From the NCBI GenBank assembly GCA_965200965.1, contig OZ241744.1:2112001-2176000 (forward strand): a DNA stretch of 64,000 bases, written 5' to 3'. A program made the position numbers and the translations under genes. The DNA comes from an uncultured Candidatus Binatia bacterium. Lineage in GTDB: Bacteria; Desulfobacterota; Binatia; Bin18. The stretch's first letter is position 1. Each line of letters starts with the position of its first letter. The notes under the pieces are model-generated. The model did not search any database. It was not told where the DNA came from and was given only the letters and a program-made list of their open reading frames with translations. This document shows, one piece after another, positions 62,139 through 64,000 of this stretch.

Positions 62139-64000
62139 CTACTCCACGCCGGAAATCACAAAGTTCTGGAGGCTCTGCTCCCACTCCAGCACGGTCGTGG
62201 CTCCTGGAGCGGGGAAATCGGGGGCCCGGCACTCGCCGGCCAAGCCCCGGACAAAGGGATCGTCGGTCAGGTGGACGACCTCAAAGGCGTTGGTCTGACC
62301 GATCTGCTGGGCCACCTGCCCGGTGCCGGCCCAGGCTTCGGCCGTGTACGTCCCCTCGGGCAACTCGTTGAAGTTCCAGGTCAGCCCAAACCCGGTCAGG
62401 CCAGGATCGTCCTCTTCACGGATGAGGCACTGCCCGCGCGTATCGGGGCGGCTTGAGCCATAGGGCGTGTCCAGGGTGGCGACACGGCGGCCAGCCTCGT
62501 CAAAGAGGCGGACTTCGACGCTGGGGGCCGAACAGACCCAGCCCCGGATCAGGCCAATGCCGCCCCTGATCCCGTTGGGGGGGGGGTCCTCGATAACGCC
62601 CTTTGCGTTGATGGAAGGGCGGTAGGGGGCGGGGCAGGCAGGGGCCGGCGGGCAGGAGGGACAGGTCCGGGCTGGTGCGAGGCTGGCGAGTATGCGGTCA
62701 TCCCCGGGGGTGCCCTGCTGCACTCCGGCGAGGCGGGCAACAATGTGGTAGGCCCCGCTGGTCTGTGGTGTCTTCCCCTGCACCGTCACCCAATAGAACC
62801 CCGGCCGTTGGACATGGTAAAAAATCCGGCAATTGCTTCCCTCACCACTGGTATCGTTGGCCGCCAGCTGCTGGCCCCCCGGCCCATAGAGAGAGCAGAC
62901 CGTATCGACGGTGCCGAGCGTCTGGACTTCAAGGAGGCCGGGTGTAGCGACATCAATCCGGTAGTTCTGCACCTGCGGCGGGGTCCTGGCCACCAAGGTA
63001 GCAGGGGTGGCGACCCCCATTGACGGGGCAGTAATGGGGAAGGATTGCAGGCGGATGATGTATTGCCCGGTGGTTGAGGGACGCTCCCCCTCCACTTTCA
63101 AGATGGAGAGGCCTCCTGGCAGAATCACGGCTCTGAGTAAAAAATTGGAATCAACTCCACTATCAGAGTCCGTCCTGGACAGGCCACTCGAGCCGGGCAC
63201 AGGTCGCCTCAGAACGTCAAGCACACTCGGCGAGTATAAGGTCCCTTTGACATCCGTCCCCGATCCCGAGGTGATGCTCAGATGCCTCCTGGATTCTATG
63301 GTCGTGAGCAGAGGCGTACTGCCGAAATAGAGAACAGCGATGTATTGTGCCTCTCCTCTTCGCGGAATATTGCCGACGTTCCACGTCACTGGTCCGGAGG
63401 AAACAGCGGGGACCACTACAGTGCTCCCACTGAGCTTGTAGTCCACCCTTAGAATGTAATTCCCGCGCGCAGTGCTGCTCCGTGCCCCCACAGACACGGT
63501 AAAGGTGACCCCAAGCTCAATTGGCAGGACGATCCGAAAATTGTTCCCTACGCCGCTATTATCGTCCGCCGCAATCGCCCTCACGGTTGATGTCGCCGTG
63601 CCGATGGTGTCTACGCTCCCGGTCGTCTCTACGGTCAGGAGGCCGTCGCCGGAGGCGATGAAAGTGTAGGCGTCGCGCTGATTGTCGCGCATAAAGACGC
63701 CCCCGCCTGAGGTTCCGTCGGTCGTGGGAATAAGGCCATCAAAATGGCTGTAGAAGACATATGTTCCTCTGGCTCCGCCCTTCCCTGCTACCACTACAAA
63801 ATACTCTCCTGAGCTGACCGGATGTTCTATCCTGAAATGTCCAGTGTCGGGATCTTGCGTCGCAAGCTGGGTGCGTCCCTGACACAGAGACGCGGCCGAG
63901 GCAGTGAGGGTCCCTCTGGGAATGGCCGTTACTATCAGCTTCCCCGAGATAAGTGGGGGAACCCTGATCCTGAAGTAATTGACTGGGCTTGACGTCGCAA
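62139..64000 (-). CDS. Large putative surface/secreted protein with PPC-like repeats and a C-terminal Ig-like domain (5' end beyond window)
   Basis: Frame stays open to the window edge (ATSSPVNYFRIRVP...). Repeated T-x-G-x-x-D-T...D-x-SG-x-x-x-N-F/C-x-I units, Pro/Cys linker, GIGLIRGWVC...GFGLTWNFNEL...LEWEQSLQNFVI. Confidence 0.8.
   Translation of the reverse strand, partial: ATSSPVNYFRIRVPPLISGKLIVTAIPRGTLTASAASLCQGRTQLATQDPDTGHFRIEHPVSSGEYFVVVAGKGGARGTYVFYSHFDGLIPTTDGTSGGGVFMRDNQRDAYTFIASGDGLLTVETTGSVDTIGTATSTVRAIAADDNSGVGNNFRIVLPIELGVTFTVSVGARSSTARGNYILRVDYKLSGSTVVVPAVSSGPVTWNVGNIPRRGEAQYIAVLYFGSTPLLTTIESRRHLSITSGSGTDVKGTLYSPSVLDVLRRPVPGSSGLSRTDSDSGVDSNFLLRAVILPGGLSILKVEGERPSTTGQYIIRLQSFPITAPSMGVATPATLVARTPPQVQNYRIDVATPGLLEVQTLGTVDTVCSLYGPGGQQLAANDTSGEGSNCRIFYHVQRPGFYWVTVQGKTPQTSGAYHIVARLAGVQQGTPGDDRILASLAPARTCPSCPPAPACPAPYRPSINAKGVIEDPPPNGIRGGIGLIRGWVCSAPSVEVRLFDEAGRRVATLDTPYGSSRPDTRGQCLIREEDDPGLTGFGLTWNFNELPEGTYTAEAWAGTGQVAQQIGQTNAFEVVHLTDDPFVRGLAGECRAPDFPAPGATTVLEWEQSLQNFVISGVE

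Noticed and set aside
61672-62371. ORFs spanning the 37-bp repeats
   Set aside because: They overlap real genes and merely translate the repeat; no coding signal.

Overview
High-GC bacterial chromosome segment. The gene content (double CaiB/BaiF CoA transferase, F420-type LLM oxidoreductase, D-aminoacylase-like amidohydrolase, tandem TonB receptors, PPC-repeat surface protein) suggests a Binatia/deltaproteobacterial-type organism, which is inference only. The core backbone is argB-argD-argF / argG-argH-lipoprotein-dapF-dapA-dapB, pepA, udg, korAB, iscS-iscA-hscB-hscA-iscX, a short uvrA, folD-gcvT-gcvH-gcvPA-gcvPB, two paralogous TonB-dependent receptors, bcp and amt. Three accessory elements stand out. 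(1) A ~5.15 kb lower-GC island splits the arg operon and is bounded by a perfect 12-bp direct repeat (GCCCCCGGTCCG). It has no integrase. It carries an XRE repressor and ImmA/IrrE peptidase followed by an atypical tRNA(Cys)-like gene with an ambiguous anticodon loop, a divergent nuclease-m6A MTase-TRD fusion broken by one in-frame TAG, and a convergent SPPY methyltransferase. (2) A defence/TA hotspot (~17.6-22.7 kb) holds two partnerless Panacea antitoxins, two 102-bp repeats of a broken toxin/antitoxin junction, a DndB-like protein, a phosphorothioate-reading SBD-HNH nuclease, a HicB/HicA-like pair and an unannotated cysteine-desulfurase 3' remnant. (3) An orphan 37-37-37 bp repeat-spacer-repeat unit at 61980-62090 looks like a mini-CRISPR, with no cas genes in the window. 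All protein calls are by motif recognition; no searches were run.
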